This document shows positions 56,184-64,000 of a stretch of 64,000 bases of DNA, one piece after another. The DNA is taken from IMG/VR virus record IMGVR_UViG_3300027782_000070. The stretch is one strand, 5' to 3'. Made by a program: the position numbers and the translations under genes. This stretch comes from an uncultured virus (IMG/VR IMGVR_UViG_3300027782_000070) (Duplodnaviria > Heunggongvirae > Uroviricota > Caudoviricetes). Position 1 is the stretch's first letter. The number at the start of each line of letters is the position of its first letter. The notes under the pieces were generated by a model, which saw nothing but the letters and a program-made list of their open reading frames with translations, ran no database searches and was not told the origin of the DNA.

Positions 56184-56560
56184 TGGAACAAGAATTTTAT
56201 GCATCAGTTAAATTAGTATCAGGTGAGGAAATATTTGCTGTTGTTTGTCCTACTCATGAAGAAAATAGAACATTACTTATATTAGAAAATCCTGTTATTA
56301 TTGATCCTATGGTATCAAGAAATTCTGGTATTGTTGGATATAAAGTAAAATCTTGGATGAAAATTCCTAATGATGATATCTTTATTATTGACATGAATAA
56401 AGTTATTACTATGACAGAAATTCATGATGAACAAATCATAGGAATTTATAAAAAATATTTAAATGATTCTTCTCAAGTTAACTTAGAAAAATCTATGGGA
56501 TTTATTTCTAAGGTTGATGATGCCCGTAAGGTACTTGAAAAACTCTATAATAATAATTAA
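56183..56560 (+). CDS. conserved hypothetical protein
   Basis: KLVSGEEIFA...LENP, syntenic between uvsW and gp55. Confidence 0.75.
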   Translation: MEQEFYASVKLVSGEEIFAVVCPTHEENRTLLILENPVIIDPMVSRNSGIVGYKVKSWMKIPNDDIFIIDMNKVITMTEIHDEQIIGIYKKYLNDSSQVNLEKSMGFISKVDDARKVLEKLYNNN

Positions 56561-56691
56561 GCCTAAACCAATCCTTGAAACCCTACAGAGTTATTTTACT
56601 CAGATATATATAACTTGTCAACTCCTTGATAGGGGTGCTATAATAAGGAAACCTAATCTTATTATAACAAGTAAATTTAATGCAGATATTA

Positions 56692-57165
56692 ATGGCTAAA
56701 GGAAAAAAAAAATCAGAACACTACGTAAATAACAAGGACTTTTATCAGGCACTGGTTGAGTATAGTAAGAAAGTAAATGAGGCAAAGGAGCAGGGTCTTC
56801 CCAAACCAAGAATTACCAACTATCTTGGGGATTGTTTCTTGCGTATTGCTAACCACTTAGCATACAAACCAAATTTTGTAAATTACATGTTTAAGGATGA
56901 TATGATTTGTGATGGTATTGAAAATTGTGTTCAATACATTCATAACTTTGATATTGAAAGGACCAATCCATTTGCATACTTTACCCAGATTGTTTATTAT
57001 GCGTTCCTAAGAAGGATTGCTAAAGAAAAGAAACAGTTGGAAATTAAATCAAAGATTATTGAAAGATGTGGATATGATGAAGTATTTACTGCAGATGTAT
57101 CCAGTATGGGTGAAAGTTATTCTAATATGAATGGTATTAAAGATGGTATTAATTATAGATTTTAA
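56692..57165 (+). CDS. gp55: late transcription sigma factor gp55
   Basis: HYVNNKDF...PNFVNY...DMI.DGIENC...NPFAYFTQI..YAFLRRI.KEK. Confidence 0.93.
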   Translation: MAKGKKKSEHYVNNKDFYQALVEYSKKVNEAKEQGLPKPRITNYLGDCFLRIANHLAYKPNFVNYMFKDDMICDGIENCVQYIHNFDIERTNPFAYFTQIVYYAFLRRIAKEKKQLEIKSKIIERCGYDEVFTADVSSMGESYSNMNGIKDGINYRF

Positions 57166-57167
57166 CA

Positions 57168-58202
57168 ATGCAAGTTGCTATCATTACTGATACTCATTAC
57201 AATTTTAAAAAAGGAAATAAAGTTTTCCATGAGTATTTTGAAAAGTTTTACAAAGAAGTATTTTTTCCAACTTTAAGAAAATACAAGATTGATACAGTCA
57301 TCCATATGGGTGATATGTTTGATAATAGAAAATCTACTGATTATTGGAGTATTGATTGGACTAAAAGAGTTATTCTTGAACCTTTAAAAAAATATAAAGT
57401 TCATGTAATCTTAGGTAATCACGATATTTTTTATAAGAATACTACAAAACTCAACAGTCCTATGCTTCTGTTGAATGATTATAAGAACATCAAGGTGTAC
57501 GATAAACCATCTACTGTACAAGTTGGTGGACAAGATTTATTTTTTATTCCCTGGATTACTCCAGAGAGTGAACAGGAAACCCTTGATTCAATTAGAAACA
57601 CCCCTGCAAGGGTTGCTATGGGACATTTAGAACTAAGTGGGTTCTATGTTAATCAAAGCACCATACAGCAGCATGGAATGGACAAGGGAGCATTAAATAA
57701 ATTTGATAAGGTATTCTCTGGACACTATCATATGAGAAATGATGATGGTAAAATCTTTTATCTTGGAAATCCTTATCAACTATATTGGTCTGATTATAAT
57801 GATAAAAGAGGATTTACTATCTTTGATACAGATACATATGAACTAACAAAGATTGATAATCCATATGAAATGTTTAAAATTTGTTACTATGATGAAAATA
57901 ATGTAGAAGAAGATTTATCTGCTTATGCAGGATGTATTGTAAAGTTAATAGTTAAAAATAAAACAGACCATAAAAAGTATGAAAAGTTTTTAGATAATCT
58001 TAATAAAATAGAACCATATGAACTGAAAATTATTGAAAATATACAAATTAATTCTGACTTTGATGCTGATGATGCAGTTGAAAATGAGGATACATTAACG
58101 TTACTAAAAAGATATGTTGATGAATCTGAAATTAAGTTAAATAAGAGTAGGATTAAAGATTTGATTCAATCCATTTATAAAGAGTCATTTCAATTACAAT
58201 AA
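57168..58202 (+). CDS. gp47: recombination endonuclease subunit gp47 (SbcD/Mre11-like)
   Basis: TDTH, GDMFD, GNHD, GHLE and SGHYH motifs. Confidence 0.93.
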   Translation: MQVAIITDTHYNFKKGNKVFHEYFEKFYKEVFFPTLRKYKIDTVIHMGDMFDNRKSTDYWSIDWTKRVILEPLKKYKVHVILGNHDIFYKNTTKLNSPMLLLNDYKNIKVYDKPSTVQVGGQDLFFIPWITPESEQETLDSIRNTPARVAMGHLELSGFYVNQSTIQQHGMDKGALNKFDKVFSGHYHMRNDDGKIFYLGNPYQLYWSDYNDKRGFTIFDTDTYELTKIDNPYEMFKICYYDENNVEEDLSAYAGCIVKLIVKNKTDHKKYEKFLDNLNKIEPYELKIIENIQINSDFDADDAVENEDTLTLLKRYVDESEIKLNKSRIKDLIQSIYKESFQLQ

Positions 58203-58468
58203 TGTATATACTAACAGTTGCAGAATATGAGTCTGAAGGAGCATATGCAGTAGAGAATAAATACGGCGAAAAAGTTCTTTATATTTTTGAAGAGGAAGAT
58301 GATGCAGTCAGATACCTCAATATGTTGGAAGAGCTTGATTACCCTGATATGGAAGTAACTGAAGTTGATTCTAAAGTTGCTTTTATGGCTTGTGAGCATT
58401 TAAACTACCAATATGCTATAATTACCCAAGATGATATTGTAATTCCACCTGATTATGCTGAAGTTTAA
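58202..58468 (+). CDS. conserved hypothetical protein
   Basis: EGAYAV...FEEEDDA.RY...DDIVIPP between gp47 and gp46. Confidence 0.75.
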   Translation: MYILTVAEYESEGAYAVENKYGEKVLYIFEEEDDAVRYLNMLEELDYPDMEVTEVDSKVAFMACEHLNYQYAIITQDDIVIPPDYAEV

Positions 58469-60173
58469 AACTTTAAGATTTAGAAATTTTTTATCATCTG
58501 GGAATCAGTTTACAGAAATTCAATTAGATAAGGCAACTTCTACCCTTATTGTGGGACATAATGGGTCTGGAAAGAGCACGATGCTTGATGCTCTGACCTT
58601 TGTGTTGTTTAATAAACCCTTTAGAAAGATTAGTAAATCTCAATTAGTCAACAGCATTAATGAAAAAGAATGTGTTGTTGAAATAGAATTTAGTATAGGT
58701 AAAGATAATTGGAAGTTGATTAGGGGAATTAAACCTACTATATTTGAAGTTTATAAAAACAAAACACTATTAGACCAACTTGCTTCTGCTAATGACCAAC
58801 AGAAATGGTTGGAGCAATCTGTATTAAAACTGAATTACAAATCTTTTACCCAAATTGTGGTTCTTGGGTCATCAAACTTTGTACCATTTATGCAACTGTC
58901 TTCTCAACATAGAAGAGAAGTTGTAGAAGATTTGCTTGATATTAAAGTATTTTCTTCTATGAATGATATTTCTAAGTTTAAGATTAGGGAGTTGAAAGAT
59001 GAGATTAAAGAATATTCTTATAAAAAAGAAAATGTAGAGGATAAAATTGAATCCCAAGAAGGTCTTATTAATGAATTAGAAAAAAGAAACTCTGCAGATA
59101 TAAAAGAAAAGGAAGAAAAGAAACTGTCTATTGAAACTACAGTAGATTGTTTAAATGTTGAAAATTTTAGTATCTTAAATTCTGTTGACAATAAACAAAA
59201 AAAATTGGAAACTTTTTCAAATTCTTCAAGTAAATTAAAAAAACTTGAAAATCTAAAAGTAAAATTACTTCAAAAGGTATCCAATATTACAGAAGATCAA
59301 ACTTTCTTTAAAGATAATATGGTTTGCCCTACCTGTACTCAAGACCTTGATGAAAAGTTTAGGTTAAATAAAATTGCAGACATAGATAAAAAATCAACAG
59401 AACTTAAGTCTGCTTGTGATGAACTTGAAGAAACTATTCAAGAAGAACAATATAATGAATCTAAATTTTTAGAAATTACTAAGGAAATTACTAAACTCAA
59501 TAATGAAATCAATAGCAACAATATTAAGGTTTCTGAACTTACAAAACAAGTCAAAAATTTACAAGAAGAAATTCAAGGACTTATCTCAAGAAACAAAAAC
59601 ACAGATACTGAATATGGAAAGTTAATTTCTTTAAGACAAAATTTAGATGATATACAAACAGATATAGCAAAAAGGAAAGAAGAACTTTCAAACTATGAGT
59701 TCATCCATCTCTTATTAAAAGATGATGGAGCAAAAACAAAAATTATTAAAAAATACCTTCCAGTTATTAATCACAATTTAAATAAGTTTCTTGAAATAAT
59801 GGAGTTTCCCGTAAACTTTACATTAGATGAAGAATTTAATGAGAAGTCTTTTAATCCAATTTATGAAGACTTCTCATATTCTTCTTTTAGTGAAGGGGAA
59901 AAAATGAGAATAGACTTATCTCTTTTGTTTACTTGGAGGGAAGTTGCTAAACTTAAGAACTCTATTAATACAAATTTATTAATCTTAGATGAAGTATTTG
60001 ATAGCTCTTTGGATGAATCTGGGACAGACTACTTTACTAAAATTATTAAGTATATTATTAGTGATTCTAATACATTTGTAATTTCACATAAGGTAGATGA
60101 TTTGTTTGATAAATTTGATAGAACTATTAGATTCCAAAAACAAAAAGGATTTGGAGTTATGGTTGACTCTTGA
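58455..60173 (+). CDS. gp46: recombination ATPase gp46 (SbcC/Rad50-like)
   Basis: GHNGSGKST, CPTC hook, FSEGEK, LILDEVFD. Confidence 0.95.
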   Translation: MLKFKTLRFRNFLSSGNQFTEIQLDKATSTLIVGHNGSGKSTMLDALTFVLFNKPFRKISKSQLVNSINEKECVVEIEFSIGKDNWKLIRGIKPTIFEVYKNKTLLDQLASANDQQKWLEQSVLKLNYKSFTQIVVLGSSNFVPFMQLSSQHRREVVEDLLDIKVFSSMNDISKFKIRELKDEIKEYSYKKENVEDKIESQEGLINELEKRNSADIKEKEEKKLSIETTVDCLNVENFSILNSVDNKQKKLETFSNSSSKLKKLENLKVKLLQKVSNITEDQTFFKDNMVCPTCTQDLDEKFRLNKIADIDKKSTELKSACDELEETIQEEQYNESKFLEITKEITKLNNEINSNNIKVSELTKQVKNLQEEIQGLISRNKNTDTEYGKLISLRQNLDDIQTDIAKRKEELSNYEFIHLLLKDDGAKTKIIKKYLPVINHNLNKFLEIMEFPVNFTLDEEFNEKSFNPIYEDFSYSSFSEGEKMRIDLSLLFTWREVAKLKNSINTNLLILDEVFDSSLDESGTDYFTKIIKYIISDSNTFVISHKVDDLFDKFDRTIRFQKQKGFGVMVDS

Positions 60174-60212
60174 TTCTTTAAGTGGTAATATTGAAGGGTA
60201 GAACTGTAATGT

Positions 60213-60554
60213 ATGTTTGAATTTACTATTGATATGACTGACAAAGAAAACCAAAATGGATTTTGGAAGTATGAAGAGGATAAAACTCTAAAAGAACTTG
60301 AGCAATATCTTTCTAGCACATACCATTCCCATTATACATCTGAACAATCTAAAACACAGACGCTTGATTTAATTGAGAGCATTGGAGATGCTGAACCTTT
60401 CACTAGATCTAATGCTATTAAATACCTTTCTCGTTTTGGTAGAAAGGGTGGTAAATCAAAACTTGATATTTTGAAAGCAATTCACTATTGCATTCTTCTT
60501 TATCACTTTGCTGGACTTCATAATGAAACTAAGGGCACCTATGAAACTTTCTGA
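60213..60554 (+). CDS. DUF3310-like conserved protein (alternative start 60234)
   Basis: HY...NAIKYLSRFGRK...DILKAIHY; upstream TTGACT-17-TAATAT at 60163-60191. Confidence 0.7.
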   Translation: MFEFTIDMTDKENQNGFWKYEEDKTLKELEQYLSSTYHSHYTSEQSKTQTLDLIESIGDAEPFTRSNAIKYLSRFGRKGGKSKLDILKAIHYCILLYHFAGLHNETKGTYETF

Positions 60555-61206
60555 AAATACAATTAACATCCTGAAGAACTTTTCTTCTATCAATCAATCT
60601 ATTCTTATTAAGTCTGGTTCTAAAATTAGAACTATTTCTGTAATGAAGAATATCTTTGCTGAGGCAGAAGTAGAAGAACAGTTTCCAAAGGACATCGCAA
60701 TCTATGATTTGAACCAATTCCTTGGTGGTTTAAGTCTTCACAAAGACCCAGATTTGGATTTTGGTCATGATGCTTACATTACAATTAAAGAAGGTAAGCG
60801 TAGGGTAAAATACTTTTATGCAGATCCTGAGGTGATTGTTTCTCCTCCTGATAAGAATATGGACCTTCCTACACAGGATGTTTGTTTCCAATTGGATCAT
60901 TCTCAACTGAGTCAATTGCTCAAAGCATCTGGGGTTTATGGACTTACTGATTTGTCCGTAATTGGAAATGCTGGAGTTATTCGTTTGGTTGTAAGAGACA
61001 AGAATAATGATACATCTAATGAGTATTCACTTGTAGTTGGTGAAACTGATTTGGAGTTTGTTTTTAACTTTAAGGTTGAAAATGTTAAGATTGTTCCTGG
61101 TTCTTATGATGTTGTAATTTCTCAAAAGAATGTTGCAAAATTTACTAATGAAAAGTACAATTTAGTTTACTTTGTTGCTTTGGAACCAGACTCAACCTTT
61201 GGTTGA
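60541..61206 (+). CDS. gp45: sliding clamp gp45
   Basis: MKLSENT..ILKNFSSINQSI...IYDLNQFL...VALE. Confidence 0.93.
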   Translation: MKLSENTINILKNFSSINQSILIKSGSKIRTISVMKNIFAEAEVEEQFPKDIAIYDLNQFLGGLSLHKDPDLDFGHDAYITIKEGKRRVKYFYADPEVIVSPPDKNMDLPTQDVCFQLDHSQLSQLLKASGVYGLTDLSVIGNAGVIRLVVRDKNNDTSNEYSLVVGETDLEFVFNFKVENVKIVPGSYDVVISQKNVAKFTNEKYNLVYFVALEPDSTFG

Positions 61207-61235
61207 TTTTATTATAAACTTGATTGGTTTTAATT

Positions 61236-62180
61236 ATGCGTGATGAATTCTTGTGGGTAGAAAAGTATCGCCCAAAGAAAATTGAAGATTGTATTCTGAC
61301 AGAAAACATTAAGAAAACTTTTAATGATTTTTTAACTAAGGGAGAAATTCCAAACTTGCTTCTTTGTGGTCCTCCAGGAGTTGGAAAGACCACAGTAGCA
61401 AAAGCATTATGTAATGAATTGGGAGTAGATTTTTATGTCATTAATGGATCTGATGAAGGAAGATTTTTGGACACGGTACGGAACCAAGCAAAAAACTTTG
61501 CTTCGACCGTCTCACTTCAAGGAACTGGTAAACATAAAGTCATCATCATTGATGAAGCAGATAACACAGGAAACGACGTACAACTCTTACTACGGGCTAA
61601 TATTGAGACGTTTCATAAGAACTGTAGATTCATTTTTACCTGCAACTACAAAAACAAAATCATTGAACCACTCCACTCCAGATGTGCAGTTGTTGAGTTT
61701 GGAATCAAAGGAAAAGAAAAAGCACAGTTGGCAGGATCCTTCTTCAAGCGTATACAAGACATCTTGGATGCAGAAGGCATCAAATATGATCAGAAGGTCC
61801 TTGCAGAGTTAATTAACAAGCACTTCCCAGATTGGCGTAGAGTTCTTAATGAATGTCAAAGGTACTCTGTAGGTGGTGAGATAGATAGTGGAGTTCTTGC
61901 ATCTTTTTCTGATGTTGCTGTAAATGACCTTATCATTCATCTCAAAAGTAAAAACTTTCCTGAAGTCAGAAAGTGGGTGGTCTCCAACTTGGACAACGAT
62001 CCTGGTGTCGTTCTTCGCAGGGTTTATGACTCCTGCTATAATTGTCTTTCACCCCAAACTATCCCTGCTGCCGTTCTTATTATTGCTAAGTACCAATACC
62101 AAATTGCGTTTGTTGCTGACCAGGAGATTAATATCTTAGCTGCATTAACTGAGATTATGGTGGAGTGTGAGTTCAAATGA
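61236..62180 (+). CDS. gp44: clamp loader ATPase subunit gp44
   Basis: LWVEKYRP, GPPGVGKT, DEAD, SRC, FPDWRR. Confidence 0.95.
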   Translation: MRDEFLWVEKYRPKKIEDCILTENIKKTFNDFLTKGEIPNLLLCGPPGVGKTTVAKALCNELGVDFYVINGSDEGRFLDTVRNQAKNFASTVSLQGTGKHKVIIIDEADNTGNDVQLLLRANIETFHKNCRFIFTCNYKNKIIEPLHSRCAVVEFGIKGKEKAQLAGSFFKRIQDILDAEGIKYDQKVLAELINKHFPDWRRVLNECQRYSVGGEIDSGVLASFSDVAVNDLIIHLKSKNFPEVRKWVVSNLDNDPGVVLRRVYDSCYNCLSPQTIPAAVLIIAKYQYQIAFVADQEINILAALTEIMVECEFK

Positions 62181-62344
62181 GACCTGAAACAAGAGAAGCA
62201 ATGGAGATGCTTTTTACTGCTAAATGGAATCTACCAAAAGCAGCAGAGCATTGCAATCTTACTCATAAAGAATGTAAGATTGTATTTAATGAGTATTGCA
62301 ATTTTCATCCTAAGACTTATGAAAATAACCCCACTACTAAATAG
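62177..62344 (+). CDS. small hypothetical protein (55 aa, not in ORF track)
   Basis: MRPETREAMEMLF.AKWNLPKAAEHCNL..., ATGA-coupled to gp44. Confidence 0.65.
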   Translation: MRPETREAMEMLFTAKWNLPKAAEHCNLTHKECKIVFNEYCNFHPKTYENNPTTK

Positions 62345-62366
62345 AAGTGGAGTAAAGTTAAAGATT

Positions 62367-62765
62367 ATGTCTAAGGGAACTATCTACGAGCATAAAGAAC
62401 CAACAGAAACAGAACTTGCCTGGTTGACTGGTATATGGGAAGGTGAAGGATCTTGGACTTACAAGAAAGGAAGAACAAGAACTTTTTCTAATGGAAAAAC
62501 ATATACAGAGAAAGATTATGTTTCTATGAGTATGTCTATGACTGACCAGGACATTATGGAGCGAGTTGCTACTATAATGGATGGTAGAAAAACAACTTAT
62601 ACTGATGGAGGTCCTGCTCACGTAGCAGCAGGACAAAAACCAGTTTATTGTATAAGTCTTCAGGGAGAGGCAGCAAAAAGGTGGACTGAATTAATGACAC
62701 CTTATCTTGGTAACAGGCGCCGAGAAAAGTATAAAATGATTATGGAGAAATTGAATGCCAATTAG
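62367..62765 (+). CDS. free-standing single-motif LAGLIDADG endonuclease-like protein
   Basis: LAWLTGIWEGEGS matches the LAGLIDADG helix; M.MTD.DI and PYL motifs; CTAAATA at 62337-62343. Confidence 0.7.
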   Translation: MSKGTIYEHKEPTETELAWLTGIWEGEGSWTYKKGRTRTFSNGKTYTEKDYVSMSMSMTDQDIMERVATIMDGRKTTYTDGGPAHVAAGQKPVYCISLQGEAAKRWTELMTPYLGNRRREKYKMIMEKLNAN

Positions 62766-63594
62766 TCAAAAACAACTAAAAACCTGTTTAAGGTATCCTG
62801 GAGGAAAGTCCAGAGCAGTTCCAAAACTGGCACAGTATCTTCCTGAACTTAAAGATTATAATCAGTTTAGGGAACCATTTCTTGGTGGAGGAAGTGTTGC
62901 AATTTATGTTACTAAACAATATCCAAATTTAGATATTTGGGTAAATGACCTTTATGAACCTTTGGTAAATTTCTGGCAGCAACTCCAGATGTTTGGTATT
63001 GATATTACTAATGTTCTTATGTCTCTTAAGAGAACTTGTGACACACCAGATAAAGCAAGACAACTTTTCTTAGTATCTAAGGATAAAATCAACAATAATA
63101 ATCTATCAGATTTTGATCGTGCTGTTGCCTTTTATATTGTCAATAAATGTTCTTTTAGTGGTCTTACTGAGTCATCTTCTTTCTCAGCACAGGCATCTGA
63201 CAATAACTTCAGTATAAGAGGTATAGAGAAACTACCAGAGTATTCTAAACTTATTGGGAAGTGGAGTATAACTAATTATTCCTATGATTATTTGATGGAT
63301 GGAAATGAGGGTGCTTTTTTGTATCTTGATCCTCCTTATGATATTAAGGACAATCTCTATGGCAACAAAGGATCAATGCACAAAGGATTTGATCACGATA
63401 AGTTTGCTGCTGATTGTGACTCTAATTTTATGGATATGATGGTAAGTTATAATTCAACTCAACTTATTAAAGATAGATTTAAAGATTGGAAAGTAATTGA
63501 GTTTGCTCATACTTATACTATGAGGTCAGTTGGGGATTATATGAAAGACCAACATGAACGAAAAGAATTGATTTTGATTAATTATGAGTTATGA
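62755..63594 (+). CDS. dam: D12-class (Dam-like) DNA adenine methyltransferase
   Basis: LRYPGGKS, EPFLGGGSV, ND and LDPPY motifs. Confidence 0.88.
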   Translation: MPISQKQLKTCLRYPGGKSRAVPKLAQYLPELKDYNQFREPFLGGGSVAIYVTKQYPNLDIWVNDLYEPLVNFWQQLQMFGIDITNVLMSLKRTCDTPDKARQLFLVSKDKINNNNLSDFDRAVAFYIVNKCSFSGLTESSSFSAQASDNNFSIRGIEKLPEYSKLIGKWSITNYSYDYLMDGNEGAFLYLDPPYDIKDNLYGNKGSMHKGFDHDKFAADCDSNFMDMMVSYNSTQLIKDRFKDWKVIEFAHTYTMRSVGDYMKDQHERKELILINYEL

Positions 63595-63970
63595 ATTGAA
63601 GGATTGGTTGAACTCAATTAACCAAACCAAAAAGAATATTATGGACGAAGACCCTTCTTCTATAAAAGATTATGCACCCTACATTATTAACAGATGTCTA
63701 TCAGGACATATTGATTGTTTAATGTATTCTAATGAGATGAATAAGTATCCCTCATTAGATAAAAAGTTACAATATGATTTTTTTATAAATATTGTTAGAA
63801 ACAAGAAGAGATACTCTCCTTGGTTGAAACAAGAAAAGATCAAAGACCTTGAAGTAGTTAAATCTTACTATGGATATAGTAATGAGAAAGCAAAGCAAGC
63901 TTTGAGAATTCTGTCTGAAAAACAACTTAATTTTATTAAACAAAAACTTGAAACTGGAGGAAGGAAATGA
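63584..63970 (+). CDS. gp62: clamp loader small subunit gp62
   Basis: L.DWLNSIN..K...YIINRCLS...NEMN...QYDF...YYGYS.EKA..AL. Confidence 0.9.
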   Translation: MSYELKDWLNSINQTKKNIMDEDPSSIKDYAPYIINRCLSGHIDCLMYSNEMNKYPSLDKKLQYDFFINIVRNKKRYSPWLKQEKIKDLEVVKSYYGYSNEKAKQALRILSEKQLNFIKQKLETGGRK

Positions 63971-64000
63971 GTGTTGTTAATGAGCCTGAAGTGAAATGGT
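63967..64000 (+). CDS. regA: probable start of translational repressor RegA (truncated by the window edge)
   Basis: MSVVNEPEVKW, ATGA-coupled to gp62; gp62-regA synteny. Confidence 0.55.
   Translation, partial: MSVVNEPEVKW

Noticed and set aside
62280..62366. Upstream extension of the LAGLIDADG-like ORF
   Set aside because: Overlaps the 62177-62344 gene; ATG 62367, downstream of a late-type promoter and GGAG, is the more plausible start.
14215..62636. Short minus-strand and alternate-frame ORFs overlapping core genes (e.g. 14215-14481, 42681-43007, 51280-51624, 61435-61812)
   Set aside because: Shadow frames of well-supported + strand genes, low complexity, no recognisable motifs or ribosome-binding sites.

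Overview
Segment of a large T4-like myophage genome, most consistent with a cyanophage (Kyanoviridae-like); essentially all genes are on the + strand. 1-8.8 kb is a hyperplastic early region of small ORFs. It includes a PD-(D/E)XK exonuclease, a HAD phosphatase, an ArdA-like protein and tRNA-Thr, and is punctuated by nine + strand copies of a 68-bp palindrome-plus-promoter cassette, seven of which end in an ATG at the predicted transcription start. 8.8-9.35 kb is a non-coding locus with seven perfect cyanobacterial-type DnaA boxes (TTTTCCACA), outward-facing promoters (one is a tenth, inverted cassette copy), a G-rich hairpin and a visible G/C skew switch: a candidate host-oriC-like origin or DnaA sink. 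10-17 kb is accessory: a metallophosphoesterase, a 714-bp insert (structured RNA, cytidylyltransferase, epimerase stub) that splits a small gene between 7-bp direct repeats, three modular LamG proteins and a glycosyltransferase-like gene. 17-54 kb is the virion module (gp25, gp6, gp7-like, gp8, VrlC-like, gp13-gp23, gp3). 54-64 kb holds replication, recombination and transcription genes (uvsY, uvsW, gp55, gp47, gp46, gp45, gp44, a LAGLIDADG-like ORF, a Dam-like methylase, gp62 and the start of regA). All calls are by eye from sequence motifs and synteny; no database searches were run.
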